NCBI GenBank assembly: GCA_965215185.1
Contig: OZ244034.1
Span: 1,632,001-1,696,000 of the forward strand
Direction of reading: 5' to 3'
DNA: 64,000 nt
Origin: Acidimicrobiia bacterium
GTDB lineage: Bacteria; Actinomycetota; Acidimicrobiia; Spongiisociales; ZC4RG35
Part shown: positions 52,040 through 63,400 of the stretch, piece after piece
Layout: each line of letters starts with the position of its first letter
Position numbering within the stretch: the first letter of the stretch is position 1
Translations under genes and position numbers: made by a program
The notes under the pieces: model-generated
Databases searched by the model: none
The model's input: the letters and a program-made list of their open reading frames with translations, nothing else
What the model was told of the DNA's origin: nothing

Positions 52040-52069
52040 ACTGGGGAGGATAGCTACCGGGGCGAGGCC

Positions 52070-52831
52070 CTACTCATCGAGCAGAACCCCTAGCCCCACC
52101 GACACCCCGGCCCCCAGTCTGGCCACTCCCCGGACCGCCAGCATCACCCCCGGCAGAAAGGACACCCGGTCGTTGGAGTCATGCCGGATGGTGAGAATCT
52201 CTCCGGGGTTGCCGAACAGCACTTCCTGATGGGCCAGCAGCCCAGGTAGCCGCACCGAGTGAATCGGCACCCCCTCAACTTTGGCCCCCAGCGCTCCGGC
52301 ATAGATCTCTTCGGACAACACCTGCCGGGACTGGTTTCCGGTTTCGGCCATTTCCACCGCGGTTAAAACCGCCGTGCCCGAGGGAGCGTCGGCTTTCTGG
52401 TCGTGGTGGAACTCGATCACCTCCGAAGCTTGGAAATATCCGGCAGCAGCTTTGGCGAACCGCATCATCAGCACCGCGCCGATCGAGAAATTGGGAACGA
52501 TCAAACAATTGGTGGCAGAGTCGGTCCCCCACATCCGGTGGACCGAGGCGATCCTCTCCGAAGTAAAACCTGACGTTCCCACCACCGCATGGCAGTGCAT
52601 CTGTCGGTATCGGGACAGATTGTCCATCACCACCTCGGGATGAGTGAAGTCCACCACCACTTCGGCTGAGGCCAGGCCGCTGGCGTCCCTACCCACCGGT
52701 ACACCCGCCACCTCTCCCTCGAAGCGGTCAAACCCGGCCACCAACTCCATGTCCGGCTCTTGGGCAACCCTCTGTGCGATCACCGAACCCATCCGGCCCA
52801 GAGCGCCGGCCACCCCCACTCGAATGGTCAC
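52070..52831 (-). CDS. dapB: 4-hydroxy-tetrahydrodipicolinate reductase
   Basis: GAxGRMG, ExHHxxKxDAPSGTA. Confidence 0.95.
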   Translation of the reverse strand: MTIRVGVAGALGRMGSVIAQRVAQEPDMELVAGFDRFEGEVAGVPVGRDASGLASAEVVVDFTHPEVVMDNLSRYRQMHCHAVVGTSGFTSERIASVHRMWGTDSATNCLIVPNFSIGAVLMMRFAKAAAGYFQASEVIEFHHDQKADAPSGTAVLTAVEMAETGNQSRQVLSEEIYAGALGAKVEGVPIHSVRLPGLLAHQEVLFGNPGEILTIRHDSNDRVSFLPGVMLAVRGVARLGAGVSVGLGVLLDE

Positions 52832-54081
52832 GTGACGTATCCGGTCAGATCGGACTTCTCGAAGGGGCCCACCGCTGCCAGGGCCTTGGGGCCCGAGAAC
52901 ATCTGACGGGCGACTTCTATCACTTCCCCACGGTTAACAGCCAGAATCCGCTCCAGCCGCTCGTCCATCGAGTAGTGCTCCATGCCGGTGATCTCATCCC
53001 GACCGAGCCCGACCATCCGGCTTGGGGAATCTTCCATCGCTAACGCCAGAGCGCCCCGCGCCGCGCCCCGCGCCTTCTCCAGTTCCGCTTCGGTGATGCC
53101 ATCTTCCATCACAGTGGAGAGTTCGCGGTGGATGATGTCCATCACTTCGGCCGTTTGCCGCGGAGTGGTCCCCACATAGATTCCCCAGACTCCCAAATCG
53201 GCATATGACCGGTTGAAGCTGACAATGGAATAGGCCAAGCCCCGCTCCTCCCGCACGCTGGTGAAAAGCCGGGAGGACATCCCGCCCCCCAACACCAGAT
53301 TGAGAATCCCGAACGCCCACCGCCGCTCGTCGGCGCGGTCCATGCTTTCTCCACCCAATACCAGGTGGGCCTGTTCGGTGTCCCGCTCCACCAGACCCAC
53401 TGACGAGGACACTGAATTGGGACAGAAGTGGTGGCCCACCGCCTCTCCCGACCACTCGCCGAATAGCTGCTCGCTAAGCGCCACCGCCTCCGAATGTCGG
53501 ACCGCGCCGGCCAAGGCCACCACTACCGAGCGGGGACCGTACCGGCGCCGCCAGTAACCGGACAGGTCTTCACGGGTCATCGCCCCGATCGACGGGCGGG
53601 TTCCCAGCACCGGGCGGGCCAGTGCGTGACCCTCGTGAACCGTCCGGCTGAAGACCTCGAATACCGAATCCTGAGGATCATCCTCATGCATGTTGATTTC
53701 CTCGACGACCACCTGCCGCTCCGAGTCGATCTCCTTGGGCCGAAAGGCGGGCCGCTGCAGCATCTCGGATAAGAGCCCCATCCCCACCGGCAGGTCGTCG
53801 TCCACCAGCCGCGCCCAATAGCAAGTTTGTTCCTTGGAAGTGAAGGCATTGGATTCGGCGCCCATGCCGTCGAATGTCTCCGAGATCTGGCGGGCGGAAA
53901 GCTCTTCGGTGCCTTTGAACAGCAGGTGCTCCAAGAAGTGTGAGGCGCCCGCCTCATTGACCCGTTCATCTCGAGCGCCGGTGTCCACCCAACATCCCAC
54001 CGAGACAGAACGCAGAGACGGCATATGTTCGGATACAACACGCAAACCGTTGGGCAAAGTGGTTAGAGAAAAATGAGTCAT
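52828..54081 (-). CDS. M16 family zinc peptidase
   Basis: HFLEH...E, LGGGMSSRLF..VRE.RGLAY. Confidence 0.92.
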   Translation of the reverse strand: MTHFSLTTLPNGLRVVSEHMPSLRSVSVGCWVDTGARDERVNEAGASHFLEHLLFKGTEELSARQISETFDGMGAESNAFTSKEQTCYWARLVDDDLPVGMGLLSEMLQRPAFRPKEIDSERQVVVEEINMHEDDPQDSVFEVFSRTVHEGHALARPVLGTRPSIGAMTREDLSGYWRRRYGPRSVVVALAGAVRHSEAVALSEQLFGEWSGEAVGHHFCPNSVSSSVGLVERDTEQAHLVLGGESMDRADERRWAFGILNLVLGGGMSSRLFTSVREERGLAYSIVSFNRSYADLGVWGIYVGTTPRQTAEVMDIIHRELSTVMEDGITEAELEKARGAARGALALAMEDSPSRMVGLGRDEITGMEHYSMDERLERILAVNRGEVIEVARQMFSGPKALAAVGPFEKSDLTGYVT

Positions 54082-54127
54082 GCCATCGCAAAAGTGTAGG
54101 GGAACAGATGAGGGATAATAGGTAGTT

Positions 54128-56164
54128 ATGGCAACGCGCCCCGCAACCGTATTGCGTCGGTTTCTTTCTGCGGAGGAAACCACCATCGAAGAAGTGGTTA
54201 ACCGATACCAGCGGGTCGCCCCTGCCATAACCCGCTTCGCCCGCACCCTTTCCGGAGATCCGGAGCTGCGGGTGCGGTTGGGTTCCTATTCCCGCCAGGC
54301 CCCCGGGGAGGTGGTGTGTGACCCCCGACTCTTCCAAACCGCCTACCACCGCCGGGCGCCGGTCACTCCCGAGGAAGTGGCGGTGGCCTCGGCTCTCCAC
54401 GAGGTGGTGCATCTGATCTCCAGCCGGTTTGATGAGAAGAGACCGGTCCCCCTGCATTGGTCCCACCTGCTCGGCGAAGAGGCTTCCCGCCCCACCCCAC
54501 CCCCCGAACGCTCCGTCGACGTGCTGTCTGCCCTTGAGGAAACGGGCGGCGAGTTGGCGGCGTTGCTCTTCTTCGCCCTCGAGGACGCTCGCCAGGAACA
54601 ACGCGGGTTGGTCAACTATCCCGGCGCCCGGTCGATTTTGAACGACCTCTATCGGGCAGCAGCGCCATCGCTGGTATCCCAGCCCGCCATTTCCCAGTTC
54701 ACCGCCGGGTGTTTCCTGGCGGCCGCCGGCGCCTATCCCGCCCAACATCCCCCCGACTTCGTGAGCAGAGTCGTCGGGGATGCTCTGGGGGAAGCGGCGG
54801 AATTATTGATGGAGATCTCCAATCTGGACGATCCCTGGGCGGTGGGAGAAACGGCGCTCAACATGCTTCGGATCGCTATCAACCACAACTTGGTGCCCCC
54901 CACTCTTCCCCGGGAACCGGTCGCCGGGAAGGCCGTTGCAGAAAAAGTAAACCAGACTCTGGACATGATCCGGCTCCCCAGCCCGGTGGTTACCAACTCC
55001 GAGTCTTATCGCCAGGCCGTCGGCGCCGAGGGGGCTACCACCAGAGAGGTACGACTCTCCGAAGAAACCGACCGTTCCACCACCGATCAGTTGCTCCGAG
55101 TCGGCGCGGCCCCATTGATCCATCTTCCCAATGGCCAGAGCGGGCGACTGGTGATCTCCCCTGCTCCGGTGGCGTTCTCCCGTTATGCCGAGCAAGGACG
55201 CCAGGCTTATCACCAAGCCATTGAACGGTGGGGTGTTGCGCCACGACGCGTGTCGGGGGAGCTGTTCCATCTCTTCGCCGCCAACCAGCGGCGAGGGTTG
55301 AGATCGGGCTTCGATCAAGGCGATGTCTCTCCCTATGCAGCGTTATTCATCGGCGCCGGATTGTATCAGCGACTCTACGAACGGCGGCATTTTCCCTCTC
55401 GCCGCCGCTACGCGGTGAGTATTCTGGTGGACGGTTCGGCTTCAATGCTGCAATCTCGCGGCGTGGGCCGGTTTGAGACCGGATGGGGAATGGCCGCTGC
55501 TCTGCTGGGCGCTTGGACAGTGGCGGGGCTTTGTTATGAGTTGCAGATTGACTTTGAAGTGAGCATCTTCAACCGGTCCTTTGCGGCCCGGGAACAGGAC
55601 ACCGAGTGGTCCTACACTCGTTCTCTCAGCCAGTCCACGGCCGGTCTGAGGGCCACCCACGGAACTTCAGCCGATCGGCTCACTACTACTGTGAATCATT
55701 ATCTCATCAAACCATTCGACAAACGCTGGTCCAGCGCCGAGGCAGTGCTGGCGGGAATGCTGTGGACCGCTTTCGCTCCCCGCGAAGCGGCCCGGCAGGC
55801 TCGCCGGGAGCCCCGAATCGCCCCACCGGTCTCCATGTTCGACAAGGCCTCCAACGTGGATGAGTTGAATATCATCCACGCCGCTCACCGACTGGCCGGC
55901 CAAGGCGCCGAGACCCGACTCCTGATGGTCTTGGCCGATGGAATGACCCGAGGGTCGGTCCGCAATCTGGCCAACGCGGTCTCGGCGATCGAGAGAGGAG
56001 GCGCCACCGTGTTGGGTATTGGGATAGGTGACGACACCGTGGCCGCTGCCTACCCGCGTCATCAAATTGTGCAGCAACCGGAAGAACTGGCTCGAGCCAT
56101 GGTGGATGGAACCAAGGATCTGTTGCGAAAGAGCCTGATCAAACTGAAGGCGCCGGCGGCATGA
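54128..56164 (+). CDS. VWA-domain protein, CobT-like N-terminus
   Basis: HEVVH and EDARxE in N-terminal half; DGSASM MIDAS, ADG, GIGIG. Confidence 0.75.
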   Translation: MATRPATVLRRFLSAEETTIEEVVNRYQRVAPAITRFARTLSGDPELRVRLGSYSRQAPGEVVCDPRLFQTAYHRRAPVTPEEVAVASALHEVVHLISSRFDEKRPVPLHWSHLLGEEASRPTPPPERSVDVLSALEETGGELAALLFFALEDARQEQRGLVNYPGARSILNDLYRAAAPSLVSQPAISQFTAGCFLAAAGAYPAQHPPDFVSRVVGDALGEAAELLMEISNLDDPWAVGETALNMLRIAINHNLVPPTLPREPVAGKAVAEKVNQTLDMIRLPSPVVTNSESYRQAVGAEGATTREVRLSEETDRSTTDQLLRVGAAPLIHLPNGQSGRLVISPAPVAFSRYAEQGRQAYHQAIERWGVAPRRVSGELFHLFAANQRRGLRSGFDQGDVSPYAALFIGAGLYQRLYERRHFPSRRRYAVSILVDGSASMLQSRGVGRFETGWGMAAALLGAWTVAGLCYELQIDFEVSIFNRSFAAREQDTEWSYTRSLSQSTAGLRATHGTSADRLTTTVNHYLIKPFDKRWSSAEAVLAGMLWTAFAPREAARQARREPRIAPPVSMFDKASNVDELNIIHAAHRLAGQGAETRLLMVLADGMTRGSVRNLANAVSAIERGGATVLGIGIGDDTVAAAYPRHQIVQQPEELARAMVDGTKDLLRKSLIKLKAPAA

Positions 56165-57174
56165 ATGCCTCCGCCATCTTCGCCCACCCCTCCGGTTTAC
56201 CGCAGCGGCAGATCAGCCTGGCGCCTTTTGCCCTGCCCACTGAACTGGCCGACTACCAACAGCGGCGCGGCAAGATCCCGGTTCCCGATCCCTACTACGT
56301 GGATATGGGGATGCTCTACAGGTTCGCCACGTTGGAGAGGGTCCATCGTCTTCGACCTCCAGGTTATGTCCCCCTGCATGTCGCGGTCCGGGGCCACATG
56401 GGAACCGGCAAGGATCACGACATCGAACAATTCGCGGCCCGGTTGAGGCTTCCCTACTACCGCATACCCATGACCGGCGAGGTGCGAGACCTCACCCTGA
56501 TCGGGTCCACCCGGCTCCAAGGAGACGGCAAGGGCGGCACGGAGAGCCGGTGGGAAGACGGCGACATAACCCGCGCCTTGCGAGGGCCGGCTCTCATCAA
56601 CCTCTCTGAGTTGAATGCCGCCGGCGCCGAGACACTGTTCGCCCTCCACGGGCTGCTGGATCGCTACGCGGCTTTGGATCTGCCTACCGGCGAGACCATC
56701 CGGCTGCGAGACGATGTGCGTATCTTCGGAACCATGAACCCCACCGACCTGCGAGACTACGCCGGAACCCAAACCCTCAACAAGGCCTTTGCCGACCGAT
56801 GGGTGATCTGGGAGAAGAACTTTCCCACCGCTGCGCAGGTGCAGGCCATGCTCCACCTGCGCTACCCGAGCATGGCCTCACCGTTCGTCGATGCGATCGC
56901 CCGGCTCACCGTGGACGTCAATGCCTCATTCGAGGCTGCCGACGCCGACACCAGGGTGGAGACGCCGCTGTCGCTGCGAGGGGCGCTCGACCGCCTGCCC
57001 ACCGGCCTTCGTATCTTCGCCGAACACCCAGATCCCCTCCGTCGCGCCTGGGAGGAATTGGTGCTTCCCAGGGTGGATTCCCACGACCGGGATCACTATG
57101 AAACGGTGTGGAGAGCGGTGGTCCGACAGGGTCCCGAGGGCCCACCCTTCGTAAAACGATCTGCAAAATCCTGA
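56161..57174 (+). CDS. MoxR/CobS-like AAA+ ATPase
   Basis: GxxGTGK, WEDGxIxxA, GTMNP..YAGT..LNxAFADR; ATGA overlap with VWA gene. Confidence 0.8.
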   Translation: MNASAIFAHPSGLPQRQISLAPFALPTELADYQQRRGKIPVPDPYYVDMGMLYRFATLERVHRLRPPGYVPLHVAVRGHMGTGKDHDIEQFAARLRLPYYRIPMTGEVRDLTLIGSTRLQGDGKGGTESRWEDGDITRALRGPALINLSELNAAGAETLFALHGLLDRYAALDLPTGETIRLRDDVRIFGTMNPTDLRDYAGTQTLNKAFADRWVIWEKNFPTAAQVQAMLHLRYPSMASPFVDAIARLTVDVNASFEAADADTRVETPLSLRGALDRLPTGLRIFAEHPDPLRRAWEELVLPRVDSHDRDHYETVWRAVVRQGPEGPPFVKRSAKS

Positions 57175-57178
57175 TAGA

Positions 57179-57904
57179 ATGAGGGTGGTGCGAACCATCC
57201 TCTCAGATCTGGTAGCCGAGCAACAGTCCCTAGATCAATTCCTGCAGAAAATACCGGTGCATGATTGGAGTCTCCCCACCGCCGTGCACGGTTGGGATAT
57301 CCGCGACACTGTGAGCCATTTGGCACATTTTGAGGAGTTGGCCGCCCAGACGGTGCTCGGGGAGCCCCCTCCCCCTCCCGAGGCCATGCACGATCTGCAT
57401 TGGGAGGGAATCCATCGAGGCCGAGACATCCGCCCTCAGGATGTGATCGAATGGTGGAGAAAGGGCCGCGCCAAACTGATCGAGCCCCTCTCGGAGATGA
57501 CCGCTTCCCAACTCACCCCGTGGTTCGCCGGTTCCATCTCTGCTGAGATGGTGGCGGCATACCGGCTGACCGACACTTGGGCCTACGGACTTGACATCTA
57601 TGAGGCGGTCGGTGAGGAGTACGAGGACACCACCCGAATTCGTCACATTTGCCAACTGGGCTGGTCGACGCTGGCCGGTCAGTTCGAAGAACACGGGGAA
57701 CCATACCAACCCATCCGGGTGGAGGTCATCGGACCGCAGTACTACAAATGGGTTTATGGGGAAGAGGAATCTTCCCACCTCATCAAGGGAAGCGCTTCCG
57801 ATTGGGCGCGACTGGCAGTGCACAAGCTGGCGCCATCGGAAACCCATCTGCAGTGCGCCACCCAGATAGCCGAGCGGGCGCTGGAGTTTGTCTCTATCTA
57901 CTAA
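57179..57904 (+). CDS. Maleylpyruvate isomerase (MDMPI)-family protein
   Basis: W.xPT...GWxIRDxVSHLA; PWF...S...R. Confidence 0.7.
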   Translation: MRVVRTILSDLVAEQQSLDQFLQKIPVHDWSLPTAVHGWDIRDTVSHLAHFEELAAQTVLGEPPPPPEAMHDLHWEGIHRGRDIRPQDVIEWWRKGRAKLIEPLSEMTASQLTPWFAGSISAEMVAAYRLTDTWAYGLDIYEAVGEEYEDTTRIRHICQLGWSTLAGQFEEHGEPYQPIRVEVIGPQYYKWVYGEEESSHLIKGSASDWARLAVHKLAPSETHLQCATQIAERALEFVSIY

Positions 57905-57953
57905 CCCGGTCCCACTGGCAGAACCTCGAACCACAGAAACAAGCCTCCGTCAA

Positions 57954-58589
57954 CTACCGCTGATCGGGATCAGCCAGCATTCCCCGGCAGACGACCTCGA
58001 CGGTCTGTCGTATCCACTCCTCAGACTCCTGTATGCCGAGAAGGCGCCTCGCGAACATCGACCCGGCGATGGCATGGACAACAGCCTCCGGATTGATATC
58101 CGGTCGGATCTCGCCTCGTTCCAGGCTGCGTTGCAACATCCCCACTACTTCGTCCCTGCGGGGCCCGAGAATCCTCTCTCTGAATAGTTCCAGCAATCGG
58201 GGGTGACGTGACTCCTCGACCAGCAAGGCGCCCATCAGGGCAAGGCCACGCTCCAAGAAGCCCAGGGTCGGTGACATCATCCCGACGAGGTCACTGTGAA
58301 TGCTTCCCGTCTCGGGGAGTGAAGGAGACTGGTCTCTGATAGTTCTGGCCGCCGCCACCACCAGTTCCTCCTTGGAGGCGTATCGTCGGTAAATGGTGGT
58401 CTTCCCCACCCCTGCCTCGGCAGCCACCCCCTCGACCGACAAGCCACCGTAACCCTGGTCCGCCAGCACTTTCAAGGTGGCCGCCACAATAGCCCGGTCG
58501 ACCTGCGGATCGCGGGGACGACCGGGCTTTGCATCTCTTTCTATCCCAATCTCTGATTCCTTCGCCACACTCATCTGGTGCTCTTGCAT
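57954..58589 (-). CDS. TetR-family regulator
   Basis: GRPR...VAxxAGVGKTTIYRR. Confidence 0.92.
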   Translation of the reverse strand: MQEHQMSVAKESEIGIERDAKPGRPRDPQVDRAIVAATLKVLADQGYGGLSVEGVAAEAGVGKTTIYRRYASKEELVVAAARTIRDQSPSLPETGSIHSDLVGMMSPTLGFLERGLALMGALLVEESRHPRLLELFRERILGPRRDEVVGMLQRSLERGEIRPDINPEAVVHAIAGSMFARRLLGIQESEEWIRQTVEVVCRGMLADPDQR

Positions 58590-60152
58590 CTACGCTGGAT
58601 CGGAAACTGGGGACGAGCCTTGGGCTTCCGGCAAATGGCGAGCCGGCATGAACCTGACGATCAAAACGGCGCCGATGAGGGCCACCCCCGCCGATACCAG
58701 CACGGCGAACCCCAGGGCATCACTGAACGCGGTCCTTGCCGCATCAGCCAATCGGGCCGCCGGCTCTGCGGGCAGGTTGGAGGCGATTCTGACCGCGGCG
58801 CCCACCGAGTCACTGGCGGCCTCCGCCGCCTGAGACGGGAGGCCCGCCACCATTTCAGTCATATTGTTCCGGTAAGCGGTGTTGATCAACGATCCCGTCA
58901 CTGCCACACCGAAAGCCCCCGCCACCATGCGGGTGACATCGTTCATCGCCGACGCTATGCCGGCATTGGCCTCGGGAACCGCCCCCATAACCGCGTCGGT
59001 GGAGGGCGCCATCAGATTGCCCATGCCGAACGCCATCAGGAAGAAACTGGACCCCAGCACCCAGTATTCGGTGCCGGGCGCCCAAAAGGACATGGAGATC
59101 AAAACCCCGGCCAGGATTGCCAGGCCCATCCCCACCACTTTGTTGGTTCCCAGCCTTCCAACCAGGCGATGACTCATACCCGCTCCCAACGCCATGCCCA
59201 GGGCTATCGGAACCATCCGCAGGCCTGCTTGAAGCGGCGTGTATCCCTGAACAAACTGCAGGAACAGCGTCAGCCCGAATATGATCCCGAACAGTGAGAA
59301 AAAACCGATGGCAATGGCGCCCGCCCCGGCGGAGAATCGCGGGTTCTTGAAGAAAGTGAGGTTGAGCATGGGATGCTCGGTCCTCCTCTCCCAGTACAGG
59401 AACATCACCAAAAGGACCACGCCCGCAACGAAGGAGGTTATGACCAGGCCATCGGTCCAACCAAGGGTCGGGGCTTCGATGATGCCGTAAACCAGGGTTG
59501 TCACGGCCGATATGGACAAAAGGGCGCCCGGTATGTCCAGCCGAGGGGTGTTGGGGTCGCGGCTCTCGGGTACCAGAAAGATTCCGGCCACCAGGCCGGT
59601 AACCGCCACCGGGATGTTTACAAAAAAGACCGATCCCCACCAGAAATGCTCCAGAAGGTATCCCCCGAGCAGCGGCCCCAGACCGACGCCCAGACCGGCG
59701 ACCGCCGCCCATACCCCGATGGCCTTTCCCCGTTCCTCTCGGGGAAAGACATTGGTAATGATGGACAGGGTGGATGGCATGATCAGCGCCCCGCCGATAC
59801 CCATCAGCGCTCGCCCTCCTATCAATTGAGCAGTGGAGTCGGCGTAGGCAGCAAAGGTGCTCGAAAGGCCGAAGAGTACGAGCCCGACTTGAAGAGCGCG
59901 TTTGCGCCCGAACCGGTCGCCGAGGGAACCCATCGTCAAGAGCAGACCGGCGAACACCAGAATATAGGCGTCGATCATCCATTGCAGCGAGGTCGAGGAT
60001 GCGTTGAATTGGCGCTGCAGGGTGGGGATGGCCACGTTGAGGATAGTGTTGTCAAGCCCGATGATGAGAAGGCTCGTAGACAGGGTGACAAGGGTCCACC
60101 ACCGCCTCCGGTAGATGGCGGAACCGGCTGAGGCTGAATTTGGATATGTCAT
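58590..60152 (-). CDS. DHA2/EmrB-QacA MFS exporter
   Basis: LDNTILNVA, GxLGDRFGRK, WxxVFFVNIP, many TM helices. Confidence 0.92.
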   Translation of the reverse strand: MTYPNSASAGSAIYRRRWWTLVTLSTSLLIIGLDNTILNVAIPTLQRQFNASSTSLQWMIDAYILVFAGLLLTMGSLGDRFGRKRALQVGLVLFGLSSTFAAYADSTAQLIGGRALMGIGGALIMPSTLSIITNVFPREERGKAIGVWAAVAGLGVGLGPLLGGYLLEHFWWGSVFFVNIPVAVTGLVAGIFLVPESRDPNTPRLDIPGALLSISAVTTLVYGIIEAPTLGWTDGLVITSFVAGVVLLVMFLYWERRTEHPMLNLTFFKNPRFSAGAGAIAIGFFSLFGIIFGLTLFLQFVQGYTPLQAGLRMVPIALGMALGAGMSHRLVGRLGTNKVVGMGLAILAGVLISMSFWAPGTEYWVLGSSFFLMAFGMGNLMAPSTDAVMGAVPEANAGIASAMNDVTRMVAGAFGVAVTGSLINTAYRNNMTEMVAGLPSQAAEAASDSVGAAVRIASNLPAEPAARLADAARTAFSDALGFAVLVSAGVALIGAVLIVRFMPARHLPEAQGSSPVSDPA

Positions 60153-60162
60153 GGAATGACCT

Positions 60163-60210
60163 CCTGGCCTACCCTTACGATACCGTAGCGTATCGTAAGG
60201 GTAGGCCAGG
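60163..60210. promoter_or_regulatory. Perfect 21-bp inverted repeat, probable TetR operator
   Basis: CCTGGCCTACCCTTACGATAC-cgtagc-GTATCGTAAGGGTAGGCCAGG between a minus-strand TTGACA (~60227) and the MFS RBS. Confidence 0.75.
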
Positions 60211-60404
60211 CTTCTCATCTGTGTCAAGTCTCAAGACAAAGTGGCCGCCAAGGCTGTTTTGAGCCTTCAGACCACTGGTGAACTGTGTTTGACGAGTCAG
60301 CTCACCTCCTCCCTTCAGGTAGCAGTCCGGCGGGAACGCTTTGTAAGGCTCCAAATGGCCTGTCCAGGTTATATGTCACGGGGAGACCCTACCCTGATTG
60401 GACG

Positions 60405-63400
60405 ATGGATACTTTGGCGCTTGAGAAGTTCGCTCCCGCCACCCGGGCCTGGTTCGAGGCAGCTTTCGACGCTCCCACCGCCGCCCAAGCCCGCGGTTGG
60501 CCTGCCATCGCCTCCGGCGCTCACACCCTGATCCAGGCGCCCACCGGCTCGGGAAAGACACTGGCCGCCTTCCTGTGGACCCTCGATCAACTGTGTCACC
60601 AGCCGCTGCCGCCCTCTGCCCGGCGATGCCGGGTGCTCTACATCTCCCCGCTCAAGGCACTGGCATACGACATTGATCGCAATCTGCGGGCGCCCCTGAC
60701 CGGGATCCGCCACACCACCCTCCGACTGGGTCTTCCGCCACCGCCGAGTATCACCACCTTCATGCGCACCGGGGATACTCCCGCCTCGGAGCGCCAGCGA
60801 ATGCTGCGCCGGCCCCCCGACATCCTCATCACCACTCCCGAGTCCCTGTATTTGATGCTCACCTCCGCGGCCCGGCAGCGGTTGACCTCGGTGCAGTGGG
60901 TAATAGTCGACGAAGTGCATGCGGTGGCGGGAAACAAGCGGGGCGCCCATTTGGCCGTATCTTTGGAACGACTGGAGGAGATCGCCGAAACCTCCCCCCA
61001 GCGGATCGGGCTGTCAGCCACCCAACGCCCTCTCCAAACCATCGCCCAGTTTCTGGGCGGGGGAAACGTAGCCCAACCAGATGCTCCGTGGCGGCCCCGT
61101 CCGGTAACCATCATCAATGCGGAGCATCGCCGTCCCCTCGATCTGGAATTGGTGGTGCCCAGCCGGGACATGACCCGCCCCGAGGTGGGTTCGGACAACG
61201 AACCGGGGACCCGGTCCATCTGGCCGTCCATCTACCAGCGGCTGCTGGAACTGGTCAACGAGCACACCTCCACCATCGTTTTCACCAACAGCCGACGGCT
61301 GGCCGAACGAGTATGCGCTGAATTGAACAACCTCGCCGAACGAGAAATCGCCCGCGCCCACCACGGATCGGTGGCCCGCAGCCGCCGCCTGGAGATCGAA
61401 GACGGCCTGAAAAGAGGTGAACTGCGGGCGGTGGTGGCCACCTCCTCGCTGGAGTTGGGGATCGACATGGGAGCCGTCGATCTGGTCGTGCAAATCGAGT
61501 CGCCTCCCGGGGTGGCCTCCGGGCTGCAGCGGGTGGGGAGATCCGGCCACCAAGTCGGCGGAACCAGCCGGGCCAAGCTGTTTCCCAAATATCGCGGTGA
61601 CCTGCTCACTTCCACCGTGGTGGCCCAACGAATGCGAGATGGGGAGGTCGAGCACACCGTCATCCCTCGCAACCCCCTGGATGTGGCCGCGCAGCAACTG
61701 GTGGCCGCGGTGGTTACCGCCGAACGCACCGTCGACGACCTTCATCTCCTGCTGCGCCGCGCCGCTCCCTTCGCCGAACTCTCCCGAGAGGTGTTCCTCG
61801 CCACCTTGGACATGCTGGCCGGCCGTTACCCGTCCGATCTTTTCGCCGAACTGCGGCCCCGGTTGGTCTGGGACCGGGTGTCCGACGTCGTCACCGCCCG
61901 GACCGGGGCCAGGCAACTGGCCGTGACTAATGCCGGCGTCATTCCTGATCGGGGCCTGTACCGGGTGCAACTCCCGGACGGAAGTCGGGTGGGCGAATTG
62001 GACGAGGAGATGGTGTATGAGTCACGACCGGGCGACGTCTTTCTACTCGGATCCACCTCCTGGCGGATCGTCGAGATCACCCATGACCGCATCGAGGTCA
62101 CCCCGGCGCCGGGGGTGACCGCCCAGATGCCGTTTTGGCGGGGAGATTCCATAGGGCGCTCGGCGGAGACCGGGCTGGCCATTGGCCGGTTCCTCAGGCA
62201 AATGTCCGCCCTGTCTCCCCGTGAGGCCGAACGCCGCCTCATCGACCGTCAGGGACTGGACGAATGGGCCGCGCAGAATCTGGTTTCCTACTTGGAGGAC
62301 CAGCGGGCATCGGGAAGCGTTATCCCCAACGACCGCACGCTGGTGGTTGAACACTTCCGCGATGAGATCGGGGATTGGAGAATGGTGGTGCTCTCTCCCC
62401 TGGGAGCGCGGGTCCACGCTCCGTGGGCCATGGCCGTGATGGATCACCTCCGTCCCCGTTATGGAACCGATCTTGATGCGGCCTGGTCCGACGACGGCAT
62501 AATTTTCCGGTTTCCGGATTCGGACCAACCTCCCTCCGCTGACGAGATTCTGCTCAGCCCGGACGAAGTCTCCGACCTTCTCATGAAACACCTGCCGGGC
62601 ACTGCCCTGTTCGCCTCCCGGTTTCGGGAAGCGGCGGGGCGGGCGCTACTGCTGCCCCGCCGGCGCCCGGGACATCGCACCCCCCTGTGGCTGCAGCGGC
62701 GCCGAGCGGCCGACCTGTTGTCGGTTGCCCGGAGATTCGACTCCTTTCCGATCATCCTCGAGACTTACCGAGAGGTCCTACAGGACGATTTCGACCTGCC
62801 CTTCCTGCGGTCTCTGCTCTCTGACCTTCGCAGCCGAAAACTCCGCTTGGTGGAAGTCGAACTCCCCCAGGCGTCACCCTTCTCCTCCTCCCTCATGCAG
62901 GCCTTCTTGGCGGGGTTCCTCTATGACACCGACGGCCCCGCCGCGGAGAGAAAGGCCATGGCCATCACTTTGGATCGTCACCTTCTCTCCCAACTATTGG
63001 GGGAAGGAGAGATCGGTGAACTCATCTCCCCGGAGGTAACCGCCTCCCTGGAGTTGGAACTGCAGCATCTCACCCCGCAACGCCAGGTGCGCGGGGCCGA
63101 CGCCATCCATGACCTGCTTCGGCGGCTGGGACCTTTCAACCTCACCGACCTGGAGTTGCGGGCTGCCGGGGCGGGCCCTGCTTTAGATGAACTGAAGAAA
63201 GCCCGCCGAGTGATCGAGGTGCGGTTGGCGGCCCGCCCGGTTTGGGCGGCGGTCGAGGATGCCGCTCGTTTGCGCGACGCCTTGGGCTGCCAACTCCCGC
63301 CCGGGGTTCCAGACGTCTTCTCCACACCCGTGGAAGACCCGCTCGGAGATGTGGTCGCCCGCTACGCCCGCACCCATGCTCCGTTCCCCGCTTCCCAAGC

